From NCBI RefSeq assembly GCF_055900595.2, contig NZ_CM148325.1: a stretch of DNA of 64,000 nt, one strand, 5' to 3'. The first letter of the stretch is position 1, and every line of letters begins with the position of its first letter. The notes under the pieces were generated by a model. The model saw only the letters and a list, made by a program, of their open reading frames with translations, was not told where the DNA came from and searched no databases. Position numbers and translations under genes: made by a program. This document shows positions 48,136-62,762 of the stretch, piece after piece.

Positions 48136-49296
48136 TTATGCCGGATCGACTGGTACCACATTCTCGCTTGGGTAACAGCCCAGGACTTTCATCGAGCGAG
48201 TGATTTCACCTAGCTCTTTCAACGCCTGTTGCATTTCCGCTGATTCCAGATTGGCCTGAATATCCAGATAAAACATCTCTTCCCACGGGTTTCCGTGAAT
48301 CGGGCGTGATTCCAGACGGGTCATAATCAGACTGTGATTGCGCAGTACCAGCAACGCTTCAACCAGTGCACCAGCATGTTGTCCGGTCGCCATTAACAAC
48401 GTCGTTTTCGCCGGAACCTGGTCAGAAACGTTAATGGCTTTACGTGCCAACACCACAAATCGGGTGAAGTTTTGTCGCTGATTCGCTTCAATACGCTCCA
48501 GTACCTGCAAACCGTACAAAGTGCCGCCAGCTTCGCTTCCCAACGCAGCAACATGCGGTGATTTTGCCTGTGCAACCTTTTCCATTGCCGCAGACGTACT
48601 TTCGGTATATTCAATCTTCCAGTGCGGATAACGATTAAGGAATTTGCTGCATTGCTGGAATGGCTGCGGATGGCTGTAGACCGTATTGATGGCGGATAAA
48701 TCAGTAGTGCCGGAGACCAACAAACAATGATCGATAGTTAACGTCATCTCGCCAACAATCGACAAACTGGTATGTTGCAGCAGATCGTAAACGTCGTTTA
48801 TGGCACCGGAGCTGGTATTTTCAATCGGTACGACGGCATAGTCGGCCTGGCCGGTTTCCACCTGATTAAAAATATCGGCAAATTTGGCGCAGCCACTTTC
48901 AATGAATTGCTCAAAGTGACGCGCAGCGTACTGACGAGCGGCAAGATGTGAATAGGAGCCTTTGGGGCCGAGAAAAGCGATGCGTGCTGAGTGCGGATTA
49001 ATTTGATTGAGATGTTGCTGGAGCAGTGCCTGCTGAGTTAATACGGAATCTTCAATGATGAGCTGGAACAGGCGAGTAATGTAATGGGCGTCCAGATGGT
49101 GCGCTTTACCGAGCGTAATTAATCTTTCCAGCAAATCGCGTTCGCGATCAATATCACGTACCGGGCGATGAGAGAGCAGTTTGGCTTTTCCCACCTCGAC
49201 GGCCAGTTCGCGCCGCTCTGCCAGTAATGCTAATAATTTTTCATCCAGCGCGCTGATTTTCTCTCGCAGCGCCAGTAACGGGTTTTCCGATGTCAT
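48136..49296 (-). CDS. pheA: Bifunctional chorismate mutase / prephenate dehydratase PheA
   Basis: 386-aa ORF with C-terminal ACT domain. Confidence 0.9.
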   Translation of the reverse strand: MTSENPLLALREKISALDEKLLALLAERRELAVEVGKAKLLSHRPVRDIDRERDLLERLITLGKAHHLDAHYITRLFQLIIEDSVLTQQALLQQHLNQINPHSARIAFLGPKGSYSHLAARQYAARHFEQFIESGCAKFADIFNQVETGQADYAVVPIENTSSGAINDVYDLLQHTSLSIVGEMTLTIDHCLLVSGTTDLSAINTVYSHPQPFQQCSKFLNRYPHWKIEYTESTSAAMEKVAQAKSPHVAALGSEAGGTLYGLQVLERIEANQRQNFTRFVVLARKAINVSDQVPAKTTLLMATGQHAGALVEALLVLRNHSLIMTRLESRPIHGNPWEEMFYLDIQANLESAEMQQALKELGEITRSMKVLGCYPSENVVPVDPA

Positions 49297-49308
49297 AGTG
49301 TTGCCTTT

Positions 49309-49337
49309 TTGTTATCAATAAAAAAGGCCCCCCGGTT
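49309..49337 (-). terminator. pheA attenuator terminator
   Basis: Minus strand GGCCTCCCAAACCGGGGGGCC hairpin then TTTTTT, between pheL and pheA. Confidence 0.75.
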
Positions 49338-49394
49338 TGGGAGGCCTTATTGTTCGTCTTCGCATTCTGTTTCACACGACGAAACGCCTCCCAT

Positions 49395-49442
49395 TCAGGG
49401 GAAGGTAAAAAAGAATGCGAAGAAAAACGGTGTGTGTTTCAT
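49395..49442 (-). CDS. pheL: pheA leader peptide PheL
   Basis: Hand-read 15-codon ORF [15 protein letters not shown] containing seven Phe codons. Confidence 0.85.
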   Translation of the reverse strand: [15 protein letters not shown]

Positions 49443-49494
49443 GTTTGTTTCCTTAAGTGACTTCAGTACAGTACCCGTACTGTTTTCACGCTGT

Positions 49495-49521
49495 CAACAA
49501 AAAACGCGCCCGAAGGCGCGT
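49495..49521 (-). terminator. Rho-independent terminator of raiA
   Basis: Minus strand ACGCGCC-TTCG-GGCGCGT hairpin followed by a T-run. Confidence 0.7.
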
Positions 49522-49545
49522 TGGCGATACACTCAATATAAAGGA

Positions 49546-49941
<396 letters not shown>

Positions 49942-50146
49942 TCAAAATGTGTGATGGAAATCTCATAATTTTGTCACTTTTTGTCAACGAATCTTTTTTG
50001 TGAGAAATCGCAGGAAGAGGTGTTTTTTTACTTGAGGAATATCTCAAAGCGAGCCATATTTGATGAGATCGATAGTGACTAAATCGCTTCAGTTTCACAA
50101 CTAACAGAATAAAAAAACGGCAGCTCAAGGCTGTAATGCCAGTCAG

Positions 50147-50858
50147 TTAAGCAACTGACTGGCTCTTTTTCGGGGCTGTGGGGTATTTCCAGGGCCTCTC
50201 CTTTACCACTCTCGGGAAGGCCCTTTCCCTTCTTGTCGGTAATTTCACTGGTTGTCCCATACTTGCAAGATCGCGCATCAGCTCCGGTATACGTCCCGGT
50301 GAAGCGCATGGCGTCCGTCATCGACGTCAGCAGATGGCTGGTCAGTTCCATCTGGCAGACCATTTTGACCTGCGGGTAGAGCGCCGGGTTCTCGGCATGT
50401 GTCTGGCGGGGGAAGGCTGCATCGTTCTCTGGTGTATCCGGTGTGCGCCAGAACACACCATCGATGGCCAGCAGGGTCAGGCCGCACCAGTGCGGATGCA
50501 GCGTGGCGTTATGCCAGAGCTGCGCTGTTTTCGTGAACACGCGTCGGACAGCCTCACTTCCCAGGCGCTGGCGGGCCTGAATAACGGCACTGGGGGCAAC
50601 GAAGGGGCGATTGCCTGGCAGCATGATGTCCAGGCGATTCACAATCTGGTGAAGAGGTTCTTTACGCTCAAGCGCCATGCCAACAATACACCAGACCATC
50701 ATTTCGAGGGGAAGACGGCGCTTGCGTAGCGTTACAGTACCTGATTCGGCAAGGCAACGAGAGATGAGTTCGGGGTCGAGGTAATCCCCCAGAAAAGTCA
50801 GTGGGTTACGCAGAGAATCGTAACGGGATACCAAATCAAGGGCCTGTCCAATGAGCAT
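50147..50858 (-). pseudogene. IS4 transposase (InsG-like) pseudogene, two internal deletions with frameshift
   Basis: N-terminal ~185 aa match recalled IS4 transposase, then a jump at a repeated HLLT motif; the IS4 C-terminus (PELMRDLASMGQPVKLPTRRERAFPRVVKERPWKYPTAPKKSQSVA*) is present in another frame ending inside the terminal IR. Confidence 0.7.
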
Positions 50859-50909
50859 AAATAAATATCCTCCGGCATAGCCGGAGGTTTTTCAAATGCG
50901 CCTGTAAGG

Positions 50910-51625
50910 CTCTGTTACCAGCCGCGCCCTAACAGGCGCATACGATCTGACATTTGCATTCAACTTCGTTACTTACGGCCCGTAAACGGGCTGCCCGGAT
51001 ATGGAATCGATAACTGCTCCCCCATTTTATCCTCTTCAAGCTGGTGCTTTATGTAGTCCTGTATCTTCGCCGTGTTCTTACCCACCGTATCGACATAGTA
51101 CCCTCGGCACCAGAACTCCCTGTTTCTGTATTTGAATTTCAAATCCCCAAACTGCTCGTAAAGCATCAGACTGCTTTTCCCTTTCAGATATCCCATAAAG
51201 CCGGATACGCTCATTTTGGGTGGGATTTCCACAAGCATATGGATATGATCTGCGCAGCACTCTGCTTCCAGAATCCGTACGCTTTTCCACTCACACAGCT
51301 TTCTCAAAATACTGCCTATCGCCCTACGCTTCTCTCCGTAAAACGCCAGTCTTCGGTATTTCGGCGCAAAAACTATGTGATATTTACAGTTCCAGCGGGT
51401 GTGCGCTAAGCTCTTTTCGTCCCCCATTGGGACCCCCTTTTGATTTCTTGTTTGACACTTGCAGTTGCCAGACCGCAAGGTGTTTTAACAAATCAAAAGG
51501 GGTTTTAATAACTGGCTCAAAGCTGAAAGCTTTCCGGAACCCCCAGCCTAGCTGGGGGTTTTCTGTGCACAAAAAAATCCGGAAACGAGTGAGCGTTTCC
51601 GGATTCTTACACAGCCACTGAATCG
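50910..51625 (-). mobile_element. IS200-like element nested in the IS4 5' region (approximate boundaries)
   Basis: Contains the Y1 transposase gene plus IS200-type hairpins (TCCGGAAACG..CGTTTCCGGA + T-run and CCCCAGC-CTAG-GCTGGGG) upstream of tnpA; ends estimated, not mapped. Confidence 0.5.
50969..51427 (-). CDS. tnpA: IS200/IS605-family Y1 (HUH) transposase TnpA
   Basis: ORF 50969..51478; start at MGDEKSLAHTRWNCKYHIVFAPKYRR gives 152 aa with HUH motif (ADHIHMLVEIPP) and catalytic Tyr region. Confidence 0.85.
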   Translation of the reverse strand: MGDEKSLAHTRWNCKYHIVFAPKYRRLAFYGEKRRAIGSILRKLCEWKSVRILEAECCADHIHMLVEIPPKMSVSGFMGYLKGKSSLMLYEQFGDLKFKYRNREFWCRGYYVDTVGKNTAKIQDYIKHQLEEDKMGEQLSIPYPGSPFTGRK

Positions 51626-51692
51626 GTCAACTGATCCTTAACTGATCGGCATTACAGCTCAAGGGCTGCCGTTTTTTTATTTCAATCTTCTG

Positions 51693-52430
51693 TTATGTAT
51701 TGCTGCTGTTAGCAGCGATAATCTTCGCTACCTTTTCAGCTTGCGCATTCATCTGCATCTGACGGTATGCATTTTCCATCAGCGGCAGCGCATCACGCGT
51801 AGCCTGGGTATCCGGATAGTCGCGCAACATGCCTTCTACGCGGTTAACGACAGCAACCCATGCACCACGTTCTGTATAATACTCGGCAACGGAGTATTCA
51901 TATTTCGCCAGACGATCTTTCAGGAATACCAGACGTTTGGTGGCATCGGTGGTGTACTGACTGTTCGGATAGCCGCGCACCAGTTTGGAAAAGTCACTAA
52001 ACGCAGCTCGTGCATGTTGAGGATCGCGATCGCTACGGTCAACGCCAAAGAACCCTTGCAGCGCACTGTCATCCAGCGCCATATTGGTCAGGCCACGCAT
52101 GTACATGACATAATCGATATTCGGATGGGTCGGGTTAAGGCGAATAAAACGATCGATGGCAGCCTGTGCTAACGGCAAATCGGCGTTTTTATAGTAGGCG
52201 TAGATGAGATCCAGCTGCACCTGCTGCGAATACGGACCAAACGGATAGCGATTATCTAACGCTTCCAGTTGCGTTATTGCCTGTCTCCAGTTACCGTCCT
52301 GCAGCTTTTGTTGTGCAGTCGCGTAAATTTCATTTGGCGGATTATCAGGTACTTCTTCCTTTGACCCCGAGCAACCCGCCAAAAACAGGCTTAGTGTGGC
52401 GGCTGCCACCAGATATTTCATGCGCGTCAT
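51693..52430 (-). CDS. bamD: Outer membrane protein assembly factor BamD (YfiO)
   Basis: 245-aa TPR lipoprotein with lipobox LAGC. Confidence 0.9.
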
Positions 52431-52564
52431 GACGTTTTGACTTTCCTCAAAATGTAATACGGGAGATTCTCTGTTCCTGCTCCCGGTTAAGACCAGCTAC
52501 AATAGCACACTATATTAAACGGCAAAGCCGTAAAACCCCAACGATAAACGAAGAAGCAGTATAT

Positions 52565-53545
52565 ATGGCACAACGAGTACAGCTCACTGCAACGGTGTCC
52601 GAAAACCAACTCGGTCAACGCTTAGATCAGGCTTTGGCCGAAATGTTCCCGGATTATTCACGTTCGCGAATAAAAGAATGGATCCTCGACCAGCGCGTGC
52701 TGGTTAACGGCAAAGTTTGTGATAAGCCGAAAGAAAAAGTATTGGGTGGCGAGCAGGTGGCCATCAACGCTGAGATTGAAGAAGAAGCGCGTTTTGAACC
52801 GCAGGATATCCCGCTGGATATCGTCTATGAAGATGAAGATATCATCGTCATTAATAAACCACGCGACCTGGTGGTACATCCTGGCGCGGGTAACCCGGAT
52901 GGCACGGTACTGAATGCGTTGCTTCATTATTATCCGCCCATTGCCGATGTACCGCGTGCGGGCATCGTCCATCGTCTGGATAAAGACACCACCGGCCTGA
53001 TGGTTGTGGCAAAAACCGTTCCGGCTCAGACGCGTTTAGTCGAATCTTTGCAACGGCGTGAAATTACTCGTGAGTATGAAGCGGTGGCAATTGGTCATAT
53101 GACCGCTGGCGGTACAGTAGATGAACCAATCAGCCGCCACCCGACCAAACGTACTCACATGGCGGTGCATCCGATGGGTAAACCGGCGGTCACTCACTAT
53201 CGCATCATGGAACACTTCCGTGTGCACACGCGTCTGCGGTTGCGTCTGGAAACCGGACGTACGCACCAGATCCGCGTGCATATGGCCCATATCACTCATC
53301 CGCTGGTGGGCGATCCGGTTTATGGCGGCCGTCCGCGTCCGCCAAAAGGTGCTTCGGAAGCGTTTATCTCCACGCTGCGTAAGTTTGACCGCCAGGCGCT
53401 TCATGCAACCATGCTGCGTCTTTATCACCCGATCTCCGGCATCGAAATGGAATGGCATGCGCCTATTCCACAAGATATGGTGGAGCTGATTGAGGTGATG
53501 CGCGCCGATTTCGAAGAGCATAAGGATGAAGTGGACTGGTTATGA
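52565..53545 (+). CDS. rluD: 23S rRNA pseudouridine synthase RluD
   Basis: 326-aa ORF with S4 domain and RluA-family catalytic motif (HRLDKDTTG). Confidence 0.9.
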   Translation: MAQRVQLTATVSENQLGQRLDQALAEMFPDYSRSRIKEWILDQRVLVNGKVCDKPKEKVLGGEQVAINAEIEEEARFEPQDIPLDIVYEDEDIIVINKPRDLVVHPGAGNPDGTVLNALLHYYPPIADVPRAGIVHRLDKDTTGLMVVAKTVPAQTRLVESLQRREITREYEAVAIGHMTAGGTVDEPISRHPTKRTHMAVHPMGKPAVTHYRIMEHFRVHTRLRLRLETGRTHQIRVHMAHITHPLVGDPVYGGRPRPPKGASEAFISTLRKFDRQALHATMLRLYHPISGIEMEWHAPIPQDMVELIEVMRADFEEHKDEVDWL

Positions 53546-54273
53546 GTAAGCTGATTGTCCCGCAGTGGCCGCTGCCAAAAGGTGTTGCGGCCTGTAGCTC
53601 TACCCGTATCGGCGGCGTGAGCTTGCCGCCGTATGACTCGCTCAACCTCGGTGCCCATTGTGGCGATAACCCGGATCACGTCGAGGAAAATCGTAAGCGA
53701 CTTTTTGCTGCGGGCAATTTGCCTTCAAAACCGGTCTGGCTTGAGCAGGTACACGGCAAAGATGTGCTTAATCTTACTGGCGAACCTTATGCCTCAAAAC
53801 GAGCGGATGCCTCTTATAGCAATACGCCCGGCACGGTTTGCGCCGTGATGACGGCTGACTGCCTCCCTGTGCTGTTTTGCAATCGAGCGGGAACGGAAGT
53901 CGCCGCCGCTCATGCTGGCTGGCGTGGACTGTGCGCAGGCGTGCTGGAAGAGACGGTTTCCTGTTTTGCTGATAATCCCGAAAACATTCTCGCCTGGTTA
54001 GGGCCGGCAATTGGTCCACGCGCGTTTGAAGTGGGAGCGGAGGTTCGCGAGGCGTTTATGGCAGTAGACGCCAAAGCGAGTGCAGCTTTCATTCAGCATG
54101 GAGATAAATATCTGGCGGATATTTATCAGCTTGCCCGGCAGCGTCTGGCGAACGTTGGTGTTGAGCAAATTTTCGGCGGCGACCGTTGTACATATACGGA
54201 AAATGAGACATTCTTCTCTTATCGTCGCGACAAGACCACCGGTCGTATGGCAAGTTTCATTTGGCTGATATAA
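53542..54273 (+). CDS. yfiH: Purine nucleoside phosphorylase / laccase-domain protein YfiH (PgeF)
   Basis: 243-aa ORF overlapping the rluD stop. Confidence 0.85.
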   Translation: MSKLIVPQWPLPKGVAACSSTRIGGVSLPPYDSLNLGAHCGDNPDHVEENRKRLFAAGNLPSKPVWLEQVHGKDVLNLTGEPYASKRADASYSNTPGTVCAVMTADCLPVLFCNRAGTEVAAAHAGWRGLCAGVLEETVSCFADNPENILAWLGPAIGPRAFEVGAEVREAFMAVDAKASAAFIQHGDKYLADIYQLARQRLANVGVEQIFGGDRCTYTENETFFSYRRDKTTGRMASFIWLI

Positions 54274-54335
54274 CCTAAAGAATCAAGACGATCCGGTACG
54301 CGTGATTTTCTTTTCACATTAATCTGGTCAATAAC

Positions 54336-54363
54336 CTTGAATAATTGAGGGATGACCTCATTT
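54336..54363 (+). promoter_or_regulatory. sigma32 heat-shock promoter of clpB
   Basis: CTTGAA (-35), 14-bp spacer, CCTCATTT (-10), about 40 bp upstream of the clpB start. Confidence 0.65.
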
Positions 54364-54402
54364 AATCTCCAGTAGCAACTTTGATCCGTTATGGGAGGAG
54401 TT

Positions 54403-56976
54403 ATGCGTCTGGATCGTCTTACTAATAAATTCCAGCTTGCTCTTGCCGATGCCCAATCACTTGCACTCGGGCACGACAACCAATTCATCGAACCACTTCA
54501 TTTAATGAGCGCCCTGCTGAATCAGGAAGGGGGTTCGGTTAGTCCTTTATTAACATCCGCCGGCATCAATGCTGGTCAGTTGCGCACAGATATCAATCAG
54601 GCATTAAATCGTTTACCGCAGGTTGAAGGCACTGGCGGCGATGTCCAGCCCTCACAGGATCTGGTGCGCGTTCTTAATCTTTGCGACAAGCTGGCGCAAA
54701 AACGTGGTGATAACTTTATCTCGTCAGAACTGTTCGTTCTGGCGGCACTTGAGTCTCGCGGCACGCTGGCCGACATCCTGAAAGCAGCAGGGGCGACCAC
54801 CGCCAACATTACTCAAGCGATTGAACAAATGCGTGGAGGTGAAAGCGTGAACGATCAAGGAGCTGAAGACCAACGTCAGGCTTTGAAAAAATACACTATC
54901 GACCTCACCGAACGAGCCGAACAAGGCAAACTCGATCCGGTGATTGGCCGTGATGAAGAAATTCGCCGTACCATTCAGGTACTGCAACGTCGTACTAAAA
55001 ATAACCCGGTGCTGATTGGTGAACCAGGCGTTGGTAAAACAGCCATCGTTGAAGGTCTGGCTCAGCGTATTATCAATGGCGAAGTGCCGGAAGGGTTGAA
55101 AGGCCGCCGCGTACTGGCGCTGGATATGGGCGCGCTGGTGGCTGGGGCGAAATATCGCGGTGAGTTTGAAGAGCGTTTAAAAGGCGTGCTTAACGATCTT
55201 GCCAAACAGGAAGGCAACGTCATCCTGTTTATCGACGAATTACATACCATGGTCGGCGCGGGTAAAGCCGATGGCGCAATGGATGCCGGCAACATGCTGA
55301 AACCGGCGCTGGCGCGTGGTGAATTGCACTGCGTAGGTGCCACGACACTGGACGAATATCGCCAGTACATCGAAAAAGATGCTGCGCTGGAACGTCGTTT
55401 CCAGAAAGTGTTTGTTGCCGAGCCAACCGTGGAAGACACCATTGCTATTCTGCGTGGCCTGAAAGAACGTTACGAACTGCACCACCATGTGCAAATTACT
55501 GACCCGGCAATTGTTGCAGCTGCGACATTATCTCATCGCTACATTGCTGACCGTCAGCTGCCGGATAAAGCCATCGACCTGATCGATGAAGCAGCATCCA
55601 GCATTCGTATGCAGATTGACTCAAAACCAGAAGAACTCGACCGACTCGATCGTCGTATCATCCAGCTCAAACTGGAACAACAGGCGTTAATGAAAGAGTC
55701 TGATGAAGCCAGTAAAAAACGCCTGGATATGCTCAACGAAGAACTGAGCGACAAAGAACGTCAGTATTCCGAGTTAGAAGAAGAGTGGAAAGCTGAGAAA
55801 GCGTCGCTTTCTGGTACGCAGACCATTAAAGCGGAACTGGAACAGGCGAAAATCGCCATTGAACAGGCTCGCCGTGTGGGTGATCTGGCGCGGATGTCTG
55901 AACTGCAATATGGCAAAATTCCAGAACTGGAAAAGCAACTGGAAGCCGCAACGCAGCTCGAAGGCAAAACTATGCGTCTCTTGCGTAATAAAGTGACCGA
56001 CGCCGAAATTGCTGAAGTGCTGGCGCGTTGGACGGGGATTCCGGTTTCTCGCATGATGGAAAGCGAGCGCGAAAAACTGCTGCGTATGGAGCAAGAGCTG
56101 CACCATCGCGTTATTGGTCAGAACGAAGCGGTTGATGCGGTATCTAACGCTATTCGTCGTAGCCGTGCGGGGCTTGCTGACCCGAATCGCCCGATTGGTT
56201 CATTCCTGTTCCTCGGCCCAACGGGTGTGGGGAAAACTGAGCTTTGTAAGGCGCTGGCGAACTTTATGTTTGATAGCGACGAGGCGATGGTCCGTATCGA
56301 TATGTCCGAGTTTATGGAGAAACACTCGGTGTCTCGTCTGGTTGGTGCGCCTCCGGGATATGTCGGTTATGAAGAAGGTGGCTACCTGACCGAAGCGGTG
56401 CGTCGTCGTCCGTATTCCGTCATCCTGCTGGATGAAGTGGAAAAAGCGCATCCGGATGTCTTCAACATTCTGTTGCAGGTACTGGATGATGGGCGTCTGA
56501 CTGACGGGCAGGGGAGAACGGTCGACTTCCGTAATACGGTTGTCATTATGACCTCTAACCTCGGTTCCGATTTGATTCAGGAACGCTTCGGTGAACTGGA
56601 TTATGCGCACATGAAAGAGCTGGTACTCGGTGTGGTAAGCCATAACTTCCGTCCGGAATTCATTAACCGTATCGATGAAGTGGTGGTCTTCCATCCGCTG
56701 GGTGAACAGCACATTGCGTCGATTGCGCAGATTCAGTTGAAACGTCTGTACAAACGTCTGGAAGAACGTGGTTATGAAATCCACATTTCTGACGAGGCGC
56801 TGAAACTGCTGAGCGAGAACGGTTACGATCCGGTCTATGGTGCACGTCCTCTGAAACGTGCTATCCAGCAGCAGATCGAAAACCCGCTGGCACAGCAAAT
56901 ACTGTCTGGTGAATTGGTTCCGGGTAAAGTTATTCGCCTGGAAGTTAATGAAGACAGGATTGTCGCCGTCCAGTAA
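54403..56976 (+). CDS. clpB: Disaggregase chaperone ClpB (Hsp100)
   Basis: ORF 54391..56976; start at [11 protein letters not shown] gives 857 aa; two AAA+ modules ([18 protein letters not shown]) separated by a coiled-coil middle domain. Confidence 0.95.
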   Translation: MRLDRLTNKFQLALADAQSLALGHDNQFIEPLHLMSALLNQEGGSVSPLLTSAGINAGQLRTDINQALNRLPQVEGTGGDVQPSQDLVRVLNLCDKLAQKRGDNFISSELFVLAALESRGTLADILKAAGATTANITQAIEQMRGGESVNDQGAEDQRQALKKYTIDLTERAEQGKLDPVIGRDEEIRRTIQVLQRRTKNNPVLIGEPGVGKTAIVEGLAQRIINGEVPEGLKGRRVLALDMGALVAGAKYRGEFEERLKGVLNDLAKQEGNVILFIDELHTMVGAGKADGAMDAGNMLKPALARGELHCVGATTLDEYRQYIEKDAALERRFQKVFVAEPTVEDTIAILRGLKERYELHHHVQITDPAIVAAATLSHRYIADRQLPDKAIDLIDEAASSIRMQIDSKPEELDRLDRRIIQLKLEQQALMKESDEASKKRLDMLNEELSDKERQYSELEEEWKAEKASLSGTQTIKAELEQAKIAIEQARRVGDLARMSELQYGKIPELEKQLEAATQLEGKTMRLLRNKVTDAEIAEVLARWTGIPVSRMMESEREKLLRMEQELHHRVIGQNEAVDAVSNAIRRSRAGLADPNRPIGSFLFLGPTGVGKTELCKALANFMFDSDEAMVRIDMSEFMEKHSVSRLVGAPPGYVGYEEGGYLTEAVRRRPYSVILLDEVEKAHPDVFNILLQVLDDGRLTDGQGRTVDFRNTVVIMTSNLGSDLIQERFGELDYAHMKELVLGVVSHNFRPEFINRIDEVVVFHPLGEQHIASIAQIQLKRLYKRLEERGYEIHISDEALKLLSENGYDPVYGARPLKRAIQQQIENPLAQQILSGELVPGKVIRLEVNEDRIVAVQ

Positions 56977-56982
56977 TGATAA

Positions 56983-57008
56983 AACGAGTCCTTCGGGGCT
57001 CGTTTTTG
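56983..57008 (+). terminator. Rho-independent terminator of clpB
   Basis: ACGAGTCCTTCGGGGCTCGT hairpin followed by TTTTT. Confidence 0.75.
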
Positions 57009-57090
57009 TCTATAAATTAGACGGAAAAGACTATATTCAAGATGTTTTGCCTGAAAAATGAGCGAACGATAAAGTTTTTATATTTTTCGC

Positions 57091-57118
57091 TTGTCAGGCC
57101 GGAATAACTCCCTATAAT
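57091..57118 (+). promoter_or_regulatory. rRNA operon promoter P1 with AT-rich UP element
   Basis: TTGTCA (-35), 16-bp spacer, TATAAT (-10), preceded by A/T-rich tract. Confidence 0.75.
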
Positions 57119-57208
57119 GCGCCACCACTGACACGGAACAACGGCAAACACGCCGCCGGGTCAGCGAGATTCTCCTGAGAATCTCGACAGAGAAAAGCAA
57201 AAAAATGC

Positions 57209-57236
57209 TTGACTCTGAAGCGGGAAAGCGTATTAT
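57209..57236 (+). promoter_or_regulatory. rRNA operon promoter P2
   Basis: TTGACT (-35), 16-bp spacer, TATTAT (-10). Confidence 0.75.
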
Positions 57237-57273
57237 GCACACCCCGCGCCGCTGAGAAAAAGCGAAGCGGCAC

Positions 57274-57286
57274 TGCTCTTTAACAA
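57274..57286 (+). promoter_or_regulatory. rrn leader boxA antitermination element
   Basis: TGCTCTTTAACAA matches the boxA consensus. Confidence 0.8.
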
Positions 57287-57417
57287 TTTATCAGACAATC
57301 TGTGTGGGCACTCGAAGATACGGATTCTTAACGTCGCAAGACGAAAAATGAATACCAAGTCTCAAGAGTGAACACGTAATTCATTACGAAGTTTAATTCT
57401 TTGAGCATCAAACTTTT

Positions 57418-58959
<1,542 letters not shown>

Positions 58960-59044
58960 CCTTAAAGAACTGTTCTTTGCAGTGCTCACACAGATTGTCT
59001 GATAGAAAGTGAAAAGCAAGGCGTCTTGCGAAGCAGACTGATAC

Positions 59045-59120
59045 GTCCCCTTCGTCTAGAGGCCCAGGACACCGCCCTTTCACGGCGGTAACAGGGGTTC
59101 GAATCCCCTAGGGGACGCCA
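59045..59120 (+). tRNA. gltW: tRNA-Glu (UUC) in the 16S-23S spacer
   Basis: GTCCCCTTCGTCTAGAGGCCCAGGACACCGCCCTTTCACGGCGGTAACAGGGGTTCGAATCCCCTAGGGGACGCCA. Confidence 0.95.
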
Positions 59121-59314
59121 CTTGCTGGTTTGTGAGTGAAAGTCGCCGACCTTAATATCGTTAAAGATGACTTACGAGTCATGTTTAAGATATTTGCTCT
59201 TTAAAAATCTGGATCAAGCTGAAAATTGAAACACTGAACAATGAAAGTTGTTCGTGAGTCTCTCAAATTTTCGCAACACGATGATGAATCGAAAGAAACA
59301 TCTTCGGGTTGTGA

Positions 59315-62219
<2,905 letters not shown>

Positions 62220-62312
62220 ACAACGCCGAAGATGTTTTGGCGGATTGAGAGAAGATTTTCAGCCTGATACAGATTAAATCAGAACGCAGAAGCGGTCTGA
62301 TGAAACAGAATT

Positions 62313-62432
62313 TGCCTGGCGGCCTTAGCGCGGTGGTCCCACCTGACCCCATGCCGAACTCAGAAGTGAAACGCCGTAGCGCCGATGGTAGTGTGGGGTC
62401 TCCCCATGCGAGAGTAGGGAACTGCCAGGCAT
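62313..62432 (+). rRNA. rrfG: 5S ribosomal RNA
   Basis: 120 nt, TGCCTGGCGGCCTTAGCGCGGTGGTCCCACCTGACCCCATGCCGAACTCAG ... GGAACTGCCAGGCAT. Confidence 0.95.
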
Positions 62433-62446
62433 CAAATTAAGCAGAA

Positions 62447-62473
62447 GGCCCAGTCGGAAGACTGGGCCTTTTT
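62447..62473 (+). terminator. rRNA operon rho-independent terminator
   Basis: GGCCCAGTC-GGAA-GACTGGGCC hairpin followed by TTTTT. Confidence 0.85.
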
Positions 62474-62479
62474 GCATGG

Positions 62480-62545
62480 TGCAGAAAACCATGCCGGATG
62501 CGACGCTGGTGCGTCTTATCCAGCCTACGCTCCCACATAAGCTAG
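62480..62545. repeat. REP-like extragenic palindromic element
   Basis: GCCGGATGCGACGCTGGTGCGTCTTATCCAGCCTAC resembles the REP consensus. Confidence 0.55.
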
Positions 62546-62762
62546 ATTCAACAGCGAATACGGCTTCCCCAAATTGCCCACTTAAATACTTCCTCCTTAC
62601 CAGAAATCTATCCTTAAGCTCCTTAATAACCATTTTCCTGCTAACTAAATTCATGGTTAAGGTTGCATAATGATACGCAACAAATGTATAACATTTTCTT
62701 TACCAAAAAATAAACAACAGCGACCGACAAAAGCATCGGATTACGGCAGGAGACATAATGGC

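Larger units (their letters stand above)
50134..51654 (-). mobile_element. IS4-derived element with internal deletions and a nested IS200-like element
   Basis: Imperfect terminal inverted repeats TAATGCCAGTCAGTTAAGCAACTGACTGG (left) and rc TAATGCCGATCAGTTAAGGATCAGTTGACC (right), flanked by near-identical direct repeats CAGCTCAAGG(G)CTG. Confidence 0.75.

Noticed and set aside
56977-57417. Possible small RNA in the clpB-rrsG intergenic region (I vaguely recall one near clpB in K-12).
   Set aside because: The region is already explained by the clpB terminator and the rrn P1/P2 promoters; I cannot identify an sRNA from sequence alone and my recollection of its location is uncertain.
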